DNA from: an uncultured bacterium
GTDB lineage: Bacteria > Zixibacteria > MSB-5A5 > JAABVY01 > JAHJOQ01
Reading direction: 5' to 3'
DNA: 64,000 nt
Assembly: GCA_965369655.1 (NCBI GenBank)
Contig: CBDUQR010000012.1
Coordinates: 1-64,000 of the forward strand
Shown: in pieces, positions 1-10,180 of the stretch
How the letters are laid out: each line of letters starts with the position of its first letter
How positions within the stretch are numbered: the first letter of the stretch is position 1
The notes under the pieces: model-generated
What the model was told of the DNA's origin: nothing
The model's database searches: none
Seen by the model: the letters and a program-made list of their open reading frames with translations, nothing else
Made by a program: the position numbers and the translations under genes

Positions 1-5
1 CTCCT

Positions 6-87
6 TTCGGTAACACCCAATATGAGGCAACGTAACAGTTCCCAGACTAAATCTTTCACCATTCGGTAACATTTAATGTGAGGCAAC
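6..87. repeat. Two imperfect 26-bp direct repeats (6-31, 62-87)
   Basis: TTCGGTAACACCCAATATGAGGCAAC vs TTCGGTAACATTTAATGTGAGGCAAC, 22/26 identical, 30-nt spacer. Confidence 0.7.
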
Positions 88-157
88 TCGTCCCCAGCAC
101 TCAATCCTGATTTTGGTTGATTAAATGCGGCTTCCCGCTATATTCGAGCGAGTAGTA

Positions 158-251
158 GTAGGTCATGCCCACTTGTTTAGTCCTGAGTTTGACGAAGGGG
201 GGCATGGCATTCCAGTAAGCCTCACGTCCCAAGTGGACGTGAGCTACAAGA
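158..251. repeat. GTAG-type REP doublet
   Basis: GTAG...CTAC ends, two inverted hairpins; 221-251 is the exact reverse complement of 58517-58547. Confidence 0.8.
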
Positions 252-293
252 GTATGTAATGACATGGAGTTCTATACGAACAGTATGTTTTAT

Positions 294-415
294 TCGTTGT
301 GTCAGGTCTTGATGCCGTGTGAGCGGCATTGTGACCTGACACCTAAGCACATGTCAGACATGAGCGGCAGGTCACATCAATCCGCTGACGCGGATTCACA
401 AGACCTGCCGCAACA
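294..415. repeat. ~120-bp palindromic dispersed repeat, copy 1
   Basis: Aligns end to end with 38213-38335. Confidence 0.85.
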
Positions 416-447
416 GTGTATTGTAACCTGCATAGAATGATAATAGA

Positions 448-2226
448 GTGATGAAAAAAGAAAAGGAGAAGAACTACCGCTATCCTTTCTACGACCAGAT
501 AGTGAATAGTTCGACAGCAGCTATTCGATCTGTATATGAGCATTTCGATAGGGCTGATGAGGCACCCACCGAAGAGACAGTCGCAGGTTGGATTACACTG
601 TCCTCCGATCCGAGGGCGGATGTTACGCTTCCTATGTATCGCGTTGCCAAGCACTTAGGACAGCCTCCCGCTACTGTTTCTGGGCTGGCAGTTGATGATC
701 TAAAACGTCAGGAGCAAGCACGAGAACCAACGGAACAACATTGCACTTACAATTTTGAGGGCGGTTACGTCAATCGCTTATTCAAGCCTGATCATTTCGC
801 ACAAGAACTCTTGCCAGACATCCTCTCTAGTAGCAGTTACGGTTCTGATACTGAAGGTCAGGGGAGAAATGTTGTTATCGATTTCTCCTCACCAAATATA
901 GCTAAGCCGTTTGGCGTTGGGCATCTCAGGTCGACAGTGATTGGCAACGCGCTATATCACATCTTCGAGAAACTCGGATACAATTCTATCGGCATAAACC
1001 ACCTCGGCGACTGGGGCACGCAGTTTGGCAAGATGATCGTTGCGTTCAAACACTGGGGATCGGATGAGATGCTCAAGGACGATCCGGTGCGCGCGCTGTT
1101 CAATCTCTACACGAAGTTCCACAGAGAGGCGAAGGAGAATCCTGAACTCGACGACGAAGCAAGAGCCGAATTCAAACGTCTCGAAGAGGGCGAAGAAGAA
1201 GCGACCAGACTATGGAAACGGTTCAAAGATTACTCGCTCGAAGAGTTCAATCGAATCTACGACATACTCGGAATCAGGTTCGACTATAACACGGGCGAAA
1301 GTTTCTACAACGACAAGATAGACAGCACCATCAGTCTGCTCGAAGAGAAAAACCTGCCCGAGATTTCGCAGGAAGCGCTGATTGTAAATCTCGAAAAGTA
1401 CGATCTTGGGGCGTGCCTTTTGAAGAAAGGCGACGATGCCACGCTCTATGCGACACGCGATCTTGCCGGGATTCTATACAGGCACGATGAGTTTGATTTT
1501 GCAAAATGTCTCTATGTGGTTGGAGCTTCGCAGGCGCTTCATTTCAAGCAGGTGTTCAAGGTGATCGAGCTTGCGGGGTATGACTTCTCCGATGGTCTGG
1601 TGCATGTGCCGTTCGGATGGATAAGGTTCGAGGAGAAAGCGATGTCGACGCGCGAAGGGAATATTATCTTCCTTGATGACGTGATATCGCAGGCGAAGGA
1701 GATTGCGCGAAAGATCATAATCGAGAAGAATCCGGATATCGAGGATGTCGACAAGACCGCCGAACAGATCGGGGTCGGGGCGGTTGTCTTTGCGCAGACG
1801 TCGGTCCGCAGGATGAAGGATATCGATTTCAGGTGGGAGGATGCTCTCTCGTTCGAGGGAGAGACGGGTCCGTACCTGCAGTACACTCATGCGCGTTTGT
1901 GCAGTCTTGCACGGAAGTATGACAGGCAACTTCCTGATACGATTGGCTATGATCTTTTCGTCGAGCCTGAAGAGAAAAATGTTCTGCTGACTCTATCCCG
2001 GTATCCCGACAAGATCAGTCAGGCGGCGAGTGAATATGAACCATTTGTCATTTCGGCTTACCTGATCGATCTGGCACAGGAGTTCAATACGTTCTACCAG
2101 AAGCACAGGATAATCACCGATGACGAACCTCTGACTGCCGCGCGCATGTGCCTGTCGGAAGCTGTCAGGATTGTGATTGCCGACGGTCTGGCGATTCTTG
2201 GAATTGCCGCCCTCGAAAGGATGTGA
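448..2226 (+). CDS. argS: Arginine--tRNA ligase
   Basis: DFSSPNIAKPFGVGHLRS (HIGH), NHLGDWGTQFG, MSTREG, GPYLQYTHAR, C-terminal ERM. Confidence 0.97.
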   Translation: MMKKEKEKNYRYPFYDQIVNSSTAAIRSVYEHFDRADEAPTEETVAGWITLSSDPRADVTLPMYRVAKHLGQPPATVSGLAVDDLKRQEQAREPTEQHCTYNFEGGYVNRLFKPDHFAQELLPDILSSSSYGSDTEGQGRNVVIDFSSPNIAKPFGVGHLRSTVIGNALYHIFEKLGYNSIGINHLGDWGTQFGKMIVAFKHWGSDEMLKDDPVRALFNLYTKFHREAKENPELDDEARAEFKRLEEGEEEATRLWKRFKDYSLEEFNRIYDILGIRFDYNTGESFYNDKIDSTISLLEEKNLPEISQEALIVNLEKYDLGACLLKKGDDATLYATRDLAGILYRHDEFDFAKCLYVVGASQALHFKQVFKVIELAGYDFSDGLVHVPFGWIRFEEKAMSTREGNIIFLDDVISQAKEIARKIIIEKNPDIEDVDKTAEQIGVGAVVFAQTSVRRMKDIDFRWEDALSFEGETGPYLQYTHARLCSLARKYDRQLPDTIGYDLFVEPEEKNVLLTLSRYPDKISQAASEYEPFVISAYLIDLAQEFNTFYQKHRIITDDEPLTAARMCLSEAVRIVIADGLAILGIAALERM

Positions 2227-2228
2227 TT

Positions 2229-3536
2229 GTGGAAAATTCTGCAATAGAGATAGTGCTTCCGACTTCGGGACGATTTCTCGAAATGGCTGTCTACTCGGCT
2301 CTCGTGCAGGGGAGAGAGGCAAGCATTCGCGGAATTGATGGTGATCGTATTCCATCACATCTGCGCAAGTTGTCTCAGATTGTCGGATACAATATCGAAA
2401 TAAACGACAGAGATGTCGAACTGCGAAAGTCATCCGATCCGCGTAATGCGACCACGAATTCTACTTTGATATCGAAGCATAACGGACTCGCGAATCTCCT
2501 GATTCTCGCCAGACATGGTGTCGGCATGGATTCTGATTTGTCTGACAATCTGCGCAGGGATTACGAGACGGAACTCCTGATGCTGCGCAGGTTTGGTTTC
2601 AGTCTCGTGGAACGTGAGTCGACATATGCTCCTGTGCTCAGTCCGCCATCTCACATCAAGTATACGCTCCCTCCCAAGAACTATCATATTCTCGATTTGC
2701 TGATATTGTCTGTACTCGCTACAGGGTGCGAGGTGGAGCTTCACGCCGACCACGAACTCGATTTCTCGGACTGGGGTGTTCTTACGGATATCGGGGTCGA
2801 CATAAGCAGGGTTGCACAGGATGAGGAAGAGGATGAACTCGCGCGCAGGTTACGGCGGGCGCGAAAAGCAGTTGCTGAAGAGTATTGCTATACGATAAGA
2901 AAGATCGACATCGCTGAAAACATCGATGTCGTACTTCCCTGCGATCATCTTCTCGGAATGTTTGTTGCGGGGTTGTTTATTCTCTCTGGAAACGGCTCGG
3001 TCAGGCTGACGCGCCTTCCACGAACGGCATCGGTGGCGTCGATCTCCAAAGCGCTTGCGAGAATGGGTGTGGAAACGGCGATTCAGGACGACAAAAGCAT
3101 AGACGACTACCCTGCTTCCACCATGACGGTATCACCGGGAGAACTGATCGGGAAAAGGTTCGGCGGAGGCGTGATCAGGTCCTGTCCTGAACTGCTGTTC
3201 CTTCTCGGCCCGCTCGGCATGATCGCCGATGGCAAGACCGTGATTCGAGATCTTCCGTTTGGCTCGGCGCTCTGGCGCGAGCGCGTCGGTTTTGTCAGGG
3301 AGACGCTTGAGGCGTGCGGAGCGCGCATCGGCGAGGTCGAGGACGGATTGGTCGTCGAGGGCGGCGGGGACCTGATGATGATGACGTACTTCGAGACGGG
3401 CGACCGACTCTGCGACCTCATGCAGAGTATGCTCACCCTGGCGTTGCCGCACCATTCGTCATTTCGGCCACCTGCTGAATCGACAACTTCTGCGATCAGC
3501 CGACTGTACAACCGCTTAGTCGCCGCAGTGGCATAG
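2229..3536 (+). CDS. Degenerate AroA/EPSP-synthase-fold protein, probably non-catalytic
   Basis: C-terminal half follows the AroA pattern (ADGKTVIRDL...RERV...LEACGARIGEVEDGLVVEGG...GDRL) but catalytic motifs are substituted; GTG start right after the argS stop. Confidence 0.7.
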   Translation: MENSAIEIVLPTSGRFLEMAVYSALVQGREASIRGIDGDRIPSHLRKLSQIVGYNIEINDRDVELRKSSDPRNATTNSTLISKHNGLANLLILARHGVGMDSDLSDNLRRDYETELLMLRRFGFSLVERESTYAPVLSPPSHIKYTLPPKNYHILDLLILSVLATGCEVELHADHELDFSDWGVLTDIGVDISRVAQDEEEDELARRLRRARKAVAEEYCYTIRKIDIAENIDVVLPCDHLLGMFVAGLFILSGNGSVRLTRLPRTASVASISKALARMGVETAIQDDKSIDDYPASTMTVSPGELIGKRFGGGVIRSCPELLFLLGPLGMIADGKTVIRDLPFGSALWRERVGFVRETLEACGARIGEVEDGLVVEGGGDLMMMTYFETGDRLCDLMQSMLTLALPHHSSFRPPAESTTSAISRLYNRLVAAVA

Positions 3537-3560
3537 TCACCTCACATCACCTGGAGCGAG

Positions 3561-4946
3561 ATGCCGGAAACTCATGAGAGTACCCAGCCTGAAGTCAACA
3601 AGTTTGATCTGATAACGGGTCCGATTCTTCCCACAATTATCAAACTCGCCTGGCCGGTCGTGGCGACCATGTTTGTCCACACCGCATTCCTGATTACCGA
3701 CATGATCTGGGTCGGCAGACTTGGCACGTCGGAGATGGCCGGCGTCATATCGAGCGTATTCATAATCTGGATTCTGTTTTCGGTGGCCGAGTTCGTGACA
3801 GCCGGACTCGTAGCGATCATCGCACGACATTACGGCGCGAAGAACTACGGTCGAGCAGGCTATGTCGCAGCACAGGCGATAGGCTTTTCGACGTTGCTGT
3901 CTGTCGTTGTCACGATAACAGGCTACACCTTCGCTACTGACATCATGGCTTTCATGGGGACCGAGCCGGATGTTGCCGGGTTCGGCGTCGACTATCTAAG
4001 AATTAGATTTGCGGGTGCTCTGTTTCTTCTCTGGTACGAGGTCGGCACATCGATATTCCGCGCGACGGGTGACACGAAAACTCCGATGGTGCTGTCGATA
4101 GCGGCGGTCGGTGGGAATATACTCCTCGATCCATGTCTGATATTCGGTTGGGGGCCATTCCCGGAAATGGGAGTGAAGGGCGCTGCGATCGCAACTGTTA
4201 TTGCCAACCTCTGCGCTGTGCTTGGATTCGCCTATTGCATGCTGCGCGGGCGATTGACGCTCAACATCAGGTGGATTGACACGCTCAAGATGGATGTAAA
4301 GCTCATCATCGAGATGGTCAGGATAGGGCTGCCGTTATCGCTCAACGGCGTTGTGTTTTCGATTGTCTATGTGTTCTTAAACAAGATCACAGCAGAGTTC
4401 GGGACGGAAGCGATTGCTGCCTTAGGTGTGGGCAACAGGGCCGAATCGGTCTCCTACCTGATATGCTTTGGATTTGCCGTCGCAGTATCGACGATGGTAG
4501 GACAGAATCTTGGAGCAGGCAGGCCGGATCGTGCCGAGAAAGCTGTATGGATAACTGTCGGCATCACCGGAGCAATAACGCTCGTGATAACGATGGCGTT
4601 CCTGCTCATTCCGGAACTGATTACGAGGGTGTTCATATCGGATGCGAAAGTGATCGACATATCAGTCGACTATCTGAGGATCATGGCGATTTCGCAGGTC
4701 TTCATGGCTGCGGTCATTGTGCTCGAAGGCGCATTTTCCGGCGCGGGCAACACTTTGCCGCCGATGATTATCGGCATCCCTGCGTCTGTTCTGCGAATAC
4801 CGATTGCGTACGTGCTATGCTTCGTATTTGGTTTCGGGGTCAATGGCGTTTGGTGGACGATCTCACTAACGATGATTCTCAGCGGTATCGTGATAACGCT
4901 CTGGTTCAGGCGGGGAAAGTGGAAAGACAAAAAAATTGATCAGTAG
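3561..4946 (+). CDS. MATE family efflux transporter
   Basis: ~12 TM; DMIWVGRLG, FRATGDTKTPM, NILLDP, VGQNLGAG. Confidence 0.95.
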   Translation: MPETHESTQPEVNKFDLITGPILPTIIKLAWPVVATMFVHTAFLITDMIWVGRLGTSEMAGVISSVFIIWILFSVAEFVTAGLVAIIARHYGAKNYGRAGYVAAQAIGFSTLLSVVVTITGYTFATDIMAFMGTEPDVAGFGVDYLRIRFAGALFLLWYEVGTSIFRATGDTKTPMVLSIAAVGGNILLDPCLIFGWGPFPEMGVKGAAIATVIANLCAVLGFAYCMLRGRLTLNIRWIDTLKMDVKLIIEMVRIGLPLSLNGVVFSIVYVFLNKITAEFGTEAIAALGVGNRAESVSYLICFGFAVAVSTMVGQNLGAGRPDRAEKAVWITVGITGAITLVITMAFLLIPELITRVFISDAKVIDISVDYLRIMAISQVFMAAVIVLEGAFSGAGNTLPPMIIGIPASVLRIPIAYVLCFVFGFGVNGVWWTISLTMILSGIVITLWFRRGKWKDKKIDQ

Positions 4947-5120
4947 CCACATCTTGGCAGGATAAATAAATCTGGACATTGTGAAGTCGCCGAATATATT
5001 TGTGATTCATATCTGCGGAGTCTTGTCCGTTTTTTCTCGGGAACAACTGATGATCCCGCGATTAAGATTCTGCAGGCGGGAGAAGTGGTAATTGTATTTT
5101 ATTTATTGTAAGCCTTTGAT

Positions 5121-7874
5121 ATGAGTAATCTTGACGAGTCATACGGAAGCGAACGCAGGGACTATGTGCATCTGTTGCTGGGTCTGTTCGTCTTCCTCGT
5201 ATCGCTGATCGTTTATATGATGACGGTGCAGCGGACTCTCTCGTTCTGGGATTGCGGTGAATTCATCACATGCGCGCATATTCTGGGAGTGCCGCATCCA
5301 CCGGGAACGCCGCTTTTTGTGCTTATCGGACGGATATTCTCGTTCATACCTATCGGAGATGATCCCTCGTTCAGGATCAATATAATTTCCGGAATCGCTT
5401 CGGCGTTTTCCGCGATGCTCGGCTATTTCACCGCGACCTGGCTGATCCGGAAGTGGTTCAACTCTGAATCGCTCGACGGCTGGCGGAAGATTACTGTCTA
5501 TCTGGGCGGGCTTGTCGGCGGGTTCATGTTCGCGTTCGGCAAGACGAACTGGGGCAATTCGGTCGAGGCCGAAGTTTACGGCACATCGATGCTCTTTATG
5601 ATGGCGACGATATACCTGATGCTTCTGTGGGTCGACCATCGCAAAGAGCCGCGTGGAGAAGTCTATCTGATACTGATGGCTTACCTCTCTACGCTCGCGC
5701 TCGGCATCCATATGACGTCTTTTATCGTCGTGCCTGCCGCATTTCTGCTGATTATTCTCGTCGATGGCCGGTATCGCCGAAGCTGGCAGATCTGGGTGAC
5801 ATACATTGTGCTCATGCTCGTGGCGTATGAAGTCAGACCATTCCTGGTTGCGTCGACCGCCTGGGCTGTGATCGCCTGCAGCGCATACTACTGGAAGAAA
5901 ATTTCACAGGGTTGGATCTATACAATCGTCCTGCCTGCTCTGATAACTGTTCTGTTGCTCGCAAAGGGACAGCCATTTGTACCGGTATTCGTGCTTAGTT
6001 TCTGGGGATGGTCGCTGGTGACACTGTTAGTGCACCGTCTGCAGCCGACGCGTATGTTCTGGCGCATAAGCTTCCTTGTTATCATGATGGCGATACTCGG
6101 TTACACCGTTCAGATATTCATACCGATCCGCTCCGCGCAGAATCCACCCATGAACATGAACAAACCAGACAACTGGTATTCTTTCGAGTCATTCCTCGAA
6201 CGCAAGCAGTATGGCTCGGAGGATATGATATCCCGGGCGCTCAAGAGCAGACGCGCCCTCTGGAAAAACCAGTTCGGAACGCATCCGCGCATGGGATTCT
6301 GGGGATTTTTCAGTGAACAGTATGGGTTTAACGGACGGCGATTCCTGATTCTTTTCTTCCTCGGATTATACGGTCTCTATTATACGACACGAAAACACTG
6401 GAAATCCGGCATATTTGTGTTCCTGATAACATTGGCGGGTACCGTCGGACTTGTGATATACATGAACTTTGCCGACGGCACGATCGAGAACAGATTGATC
6501 GGCGAAGGGCATCTCGAAGTACGCGATCGAGACTATTTCTGGACGCCCGGGTTTGTCATGTTCGGTCTGATGATCGGCCTGGGGGTCGCGGCCTTCTTCG
6601 ACATGATCCGACAAATCCTGAAGGAGAAGGGCATAAATCCGCGGTTGCGGGATGTCGTGCTCGGACTGTGCTGCTTGTCGGTGCTCCTGCCGAGTCTCGC
6701 ACTGGCTCGGAATTACTATGTCAATGACAGGTCTCGGAACTACATTCCGTATGACTACGCCTGGAATATCCTCCAGTCGGCGCGACCCAACGCTGTACTG
6801 TTCACTAACGGCGACAATGATACATTCCCGGTCTGGTGCCTGCAGCATGTCTATGGGGTCAGACCCGACGTGAAGATCGCGAACCTGTCGCTGATAAACA
6901 CGAATTGGTATGTCAAGCAGCTCAAGAACATTCTCGGAATCCCGATCAGCTACACGGACGAACAGATTGATCGCCTGATTCACCGACGCATGCAGGATGG
7001 AGCGGTATATCGAGTTCAGGATCAGATGATAGTCGATATTATCGATCAGAACAACCGCAACGCCGAGAAAGTCCCGATCGAGTTTGCGATTACGGTGTCA
7101 ACATCGAACAAGAATTACAAGAAACGCTCGCTTGATCCGTATCTGCAGATGGAGGGCATGGCGCTGCACTCCACATACCCGAATCCTCAGCCGGATGCTA
7201 TCGATGTCGAGAAAACACAGGATTTCTACTTGAATCAGTTCAGATACCGAGGTGTTACGGATACTACCATCTACAAGGATGAGAATGCAGCCCGGCTGGT
7301 GAACAATTACATTTCGGGATTCATGTTCATAGCGGATACGTTGCAACGTGCTGGGCGAGTCGATGAGGCTGCGGAGATGCTCTACAAGGGTATAGAGCGC
7401 GTCGGTGGGGGAGCGGAACCATGGACGTATCTCGCCCGGATGTACGCGTTGCATGGTCGCCTTGATGATGCAAGACGGGTGCTGAGCGAGGCTCCGGAGG
7501 ATGTCCCGAGAGAAGACATGAAGCTCTTTATTGGCGCCGCGCTGAATCAGAAAGGGCTCAAGGATGATGCACGGCAAGTCTACGAAGAGACATATGCCGA
7601 GTATCCGGATTCGCGGGATGCGTTCAACGAGTTGTTCAAGTTTTACTTCGACGAAAGGCTGCAAGTCGAGATGGCTCGGCTTCTTGAGGAGTACATCGAG
7701 AGGCATCCGAACGATGCACAGCTCATGAACGCCTATAATCAACTAAAGCGCGAAGCGCCGGAACTCTTCGAGCAGATTCCACCTGAGTCGTCCGAGAAAG
7801 ATTCAGGGCAGCAAATCAGGGTGATTGGGCTCGATTCCGCCTGGCAGAGTTCCGATTCAGACACCGGTCAGTAA
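5121..7874 (+). CDS. DUF2723 / TMEM260-like GT-C membrane glycosyltransferase with C-terminal TPR-like region
   Basis: SFWDCGEF, VPHPPGTPLF, EAEVY, EVRDRDYF, NGDNDTFP, NLSLINTNWY. Confidence 0.9.
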   Translation: MSNLDESYGSERRDYVHLLLGLFVFLVSLIVYMMTVQRTLSFWDCGEFITCAHILGVPHPPGTPLFVLIGRIFSFIPIGDDPSFRINIISGIASAFSAMLGYFTATWLIRKWFNSESLDGWRKITVYLGGLVGGFMFAFGKTNWGNSVEAEVYGTSMLFMMATIYLMLLWVDHRKEPRGEVYLILMAYLSTLALGIHMTSFIVVPAAFLLIILVDGRYRRSWQIWVTYIVLMLVAYEVRPFLVASTAWAVIACSAYYWKKISQGWIYTIVLPALITVLLLAKGQPFVPVFVLSFWGWSLVTLLVHRLQPTRMFWRISFLVIMMAILGYTVQIFIPIRSAQNPPMNMNKPDNWYSFESFLERKQYGSEDMISRALKSRRALWKNQFGTHPRMGFWGFFSEQYGFNGRRFLILFFLGLYGLYYTTRKHWKSGIFVFLITLAGTVGLVIYMNFADGTIENRLIGEGHLEVRDRDYFWTPGFVMFGLMIGLGVAAFFDMIRQILKEKGINPRLRDVVLGLCCLSVLLPSLALARNYYVNDRSRNYIPYDYAWNILQSARPNAVLFTNGDNDTFPVWCLQHVYGVRPDVKIANLSLINTNWYVKQLKNILGIPISYTDEQIDRLIHRRMQDGAVYRVQDQMIVDIIDQNNRNAEKVPIEFAITVSTSNKNYKKRSLDPYLQMEGMALHSTYPNPQPDAIDVEKTQDFYLNQFRYRGVTDTTIYKDENAARLVNNYISGFMFIADTLQRAGRVDEAAEMLYKGIERVGGGAEPWTYLARMYALHGRLDDARRVLSEAPEDVPREDMKLFIGAALNQKGLKDDARQVYEETYAEYPDSRDAFNELFKFYFDERLQVEMARLLEEYIERHPNDAQLMNAYNQLKREAPELFEQIPPESSEKDSGQQIRVIGLDSAWQSSDSDTGQ

Positions 7875-9005
7875 ATGAATATCCTCGCAGTAAACTGGCA
7901 GGATCCGAAAAATCCTCTCGCAGGCGGGGCAGAAGTACATCTGTGGGAAAACCTGAAGAGATTCGCGGCTGATGGTCACAATGTGACCCTGGTATGCAGC
8001 AGATTCAAAGGCGCCGAAGCCGAAGACATTTATGACGACATCAGGGTAGTCAGAAGGGGTGGTCGATTCTATTTCAATTTCATAGCTCCGTTTCTGGTTC
8101 GTCGTGAATTGCGCAGAGCGAAATACGATGTGATCCTTGAGGACATCAACAAGGTCCCGTTCTACACTTCTCTCTACACCAATCTGCCGATACTCGTTGT
8201 GATACCGCATCTTTTTGCGACGACTGTATTTCAGGAGATCAATTTCGTGATGGGCAGCTACATATACCTCGCCGAGCAGCCGATCAGATTTATCCTCAGG
8301 AATTATCCGTACTGCGTTATTTCAGAATCGACGCGACAGGACCTCGTGAAACGCGGCATACCATCCGAGAATATCCGGGTCATCGAGTGCGGCATAGACC
8401 ATTCGATGTACTGCACCGACGAGTCTGTCGGCAAGTATGATCAGCCGACTGCGCTCTATCTCGGCAGGATCAAGAAATACAAGAGTGTGCAGCATATATT
8501 GCAGGCGTGGCCGAAAGTGATGGAATCGGTCCCAAACGCGCGTCTTCAGATTGTGGGGGACGGCGACTACCTGTCGAACCTCAAGGAGATGTCGGGCAGG
8601 CTCGGTCTCAATGACGCCGTGTCGTTTCCCGGTTTCGTAAGCGCAGAATCCAAAATCGACAGGCTCAGACGGTCGCACTGCGCGATCTACCCATCGCTGA
8701 AAGAGGGCTGGGGATTGACGAATATCGAGGCGAACGCATGCGGGACACTCGCGATTGCCGCCGATGTTGCAGGCCTCCGCGATTCGGTCTCAAACGGAGT
8801 CTCGGGTACGCTGTTCAAATATGGCGACATCGACGCTCTTGCGAAAACCGTAATCAGGGTGTTCAGGGAAGATGATTACAGGCGTCGTCTCGAACAGGGT
8901 GCGCTGCAGTGGGCGTCTCGTTTCGACTGGGACAACTCGGCTGCACGCATGCTTGAACTTCTGCATGAAGTTGTAAAGAACCGGACATTGAGTTCCAGAC
9001 GGTAA
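7875..9005 (+). CDS. Glycosyltransferase family 4
   Basis: NPLAGGAE, YLGRIKKYK, EGWGLTNIEANACG. Confidence 0.93.
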   Translation: MNILAVNWQDPKNPLAGGAEVHLWENLKRFAADGHNVTLVCSRFKGAEAEDIYDDIRVVRRGGRFYFNFIAPFLVRRELRRAKYDVILEDINKVPFYTSLYTNLPILVVIPHLFATTVFQEINFVMGSYIYLAEQPIRFILRNYPYCVISESTRQDLVKRGIPSENIRVIECGIDHSMYCTDESVGKYDQPTALYLGRIKKYKSVQHILQAWPKVMESVPNARLQIVGDGDYLSNLKEMSGRLGLNDAVSFPGFVSAESKIDRLRRSHCAIYPSLKEGWGLTNIEANACGTLAIAADVAGLRDSVSNGVSGTLFKYGDIDALAKTVIRVFREDDYRRRLEQGALQWASRFDWDNSAARMLELLHEVVKNRTLSSRR

Positions 9006-9015
9006 GAGAGTAGTT

Positions 9016-10029
9016 TTGAAGCGCAAGACCAGACGAACATTGCTGATTTGCCTCGGTTACGCGATTTCGATTGTGCTTGTCTATATAGCATTTCGCAAGG
9101 TGGAGTTTCGTCAGCTCTGGGATTCAATCGCTCACGCGAACTACTGGTGGGTGATCGTGAACGCCACCGTCGTGATGATTGCTATGTGGTACCGGTCGTA
9201 TCGATGGAAATTCATGGTCGATCCGATCAAGAGAGTCGGTATGGGGAAGCTGTTTTCTTCGACCATGATCGGTTTCATGGCCTCGAATGTCCTGCCACTG
9301 CGGCTCGGCGAGTTTGTTCGCGCATGGTCGCTCGGTCGGATCGCCGATATTTCCCGCTCTGCAGTGATGGCGACTGTAGTCATCGAGCGGATATTCGATT
9401 CGTTTGTCCTGCTGACATTTCTCACGATTATTCTGCTTTTCAAGAAGATTCCGCTTCCGGATGAGATGCAGAGTTTCGGCTACTTCTTCCTGATAGCCAA
9501 TCTGGTGGCGCTGGCGATTCTGATCTTACTGCGCGTGAAACCAAAGCCTACTCTGCGAGCGCTCGATATTCCGCTTATGATATTTCCAGCGAGGCTTCGC
9601 GAGAAAGTGATGGGTGTGTTCGTGAAGTTCACAGAGGGGCTGGCGGTGATCGGTGACCTGAAGAGGGTGCTGCGCATATCGTTTCAGTCGCTGCTGCTCT
9701 GGATAATAACCGGCCTTTCCAATTACTTCGTTTTTCTCGCATTCGGATTAGATCTGCCTATCGATGCATCGTTTGTGGTGCTCGTAATCGTCTCTATCGG
9801 CATTATGATCCCTCAGTCGCCCGGCTTCGTGGGCGGTTATCATATCTGCGTCTGGTACGCGCTGAAACCTTATGGCGTGGTGCAGGATACCGCGATGGCG
9901 GTGGCCGTCGTTCTGCACGGTGCGCAGTATGTGGTTATTACACTCGTGGGATTCTATTACATGCGTCGGGAGCATCTCTCTCTGAAAGAGGCGGAACAGG
10001 AATCTATTTCGACTCAGGAAACAGCGTAA
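9016..10029 (+). CDS. Lysylphosphatidylglycerol synthase TM / flippase-like (UPF0104) protein
   Basis: RSYRW, NVLPLRLGEFVR, ERIFD, PQSPGFVG; polytopic. Confidence 0.88.
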   Translation: MKRKTRRTLLICLGYAISIVLVYIAFRKVEFRQLWDSIAHANYWWVIVNATVVMIAMWYRSYRWKFMVDPIKRVGMGKLFSSTMIGFMASNVLPLRLGEFVRAWSLGRIADISRSAVMATVVIERIFDSFVLLTFLTIILLFKKIPLPDEMQSFGYFFLIANLVALAILILLRVKPKPTLRALDIPLMIFPARLREKVMGVFVKFTEGLAVIGDLKRVLRISFQSLLLWIITGLSNYFVFLAFGLDLPIDASFVVLVIVSIGIMIPQSPGFVGGYHICVWYALKPYGVVQDTAMAVAVVLHGAQYVVITLVGFYYMRREHLSLKEAEQESISTQETA

Positions 10030-10180
10030 TCTGCGGGGATCGCGCGCGTCAGGAGAATTCTTGCATATTCCTCACGGAACTGAATTGCATCGAATGATTA
10101 ACGATCTCTATGACAGGGAAAGAAGGCTTGACATCGGCTGGGCAGGCGTCTAATTTGACCAAAATTGAAGTGAGGTTCTC

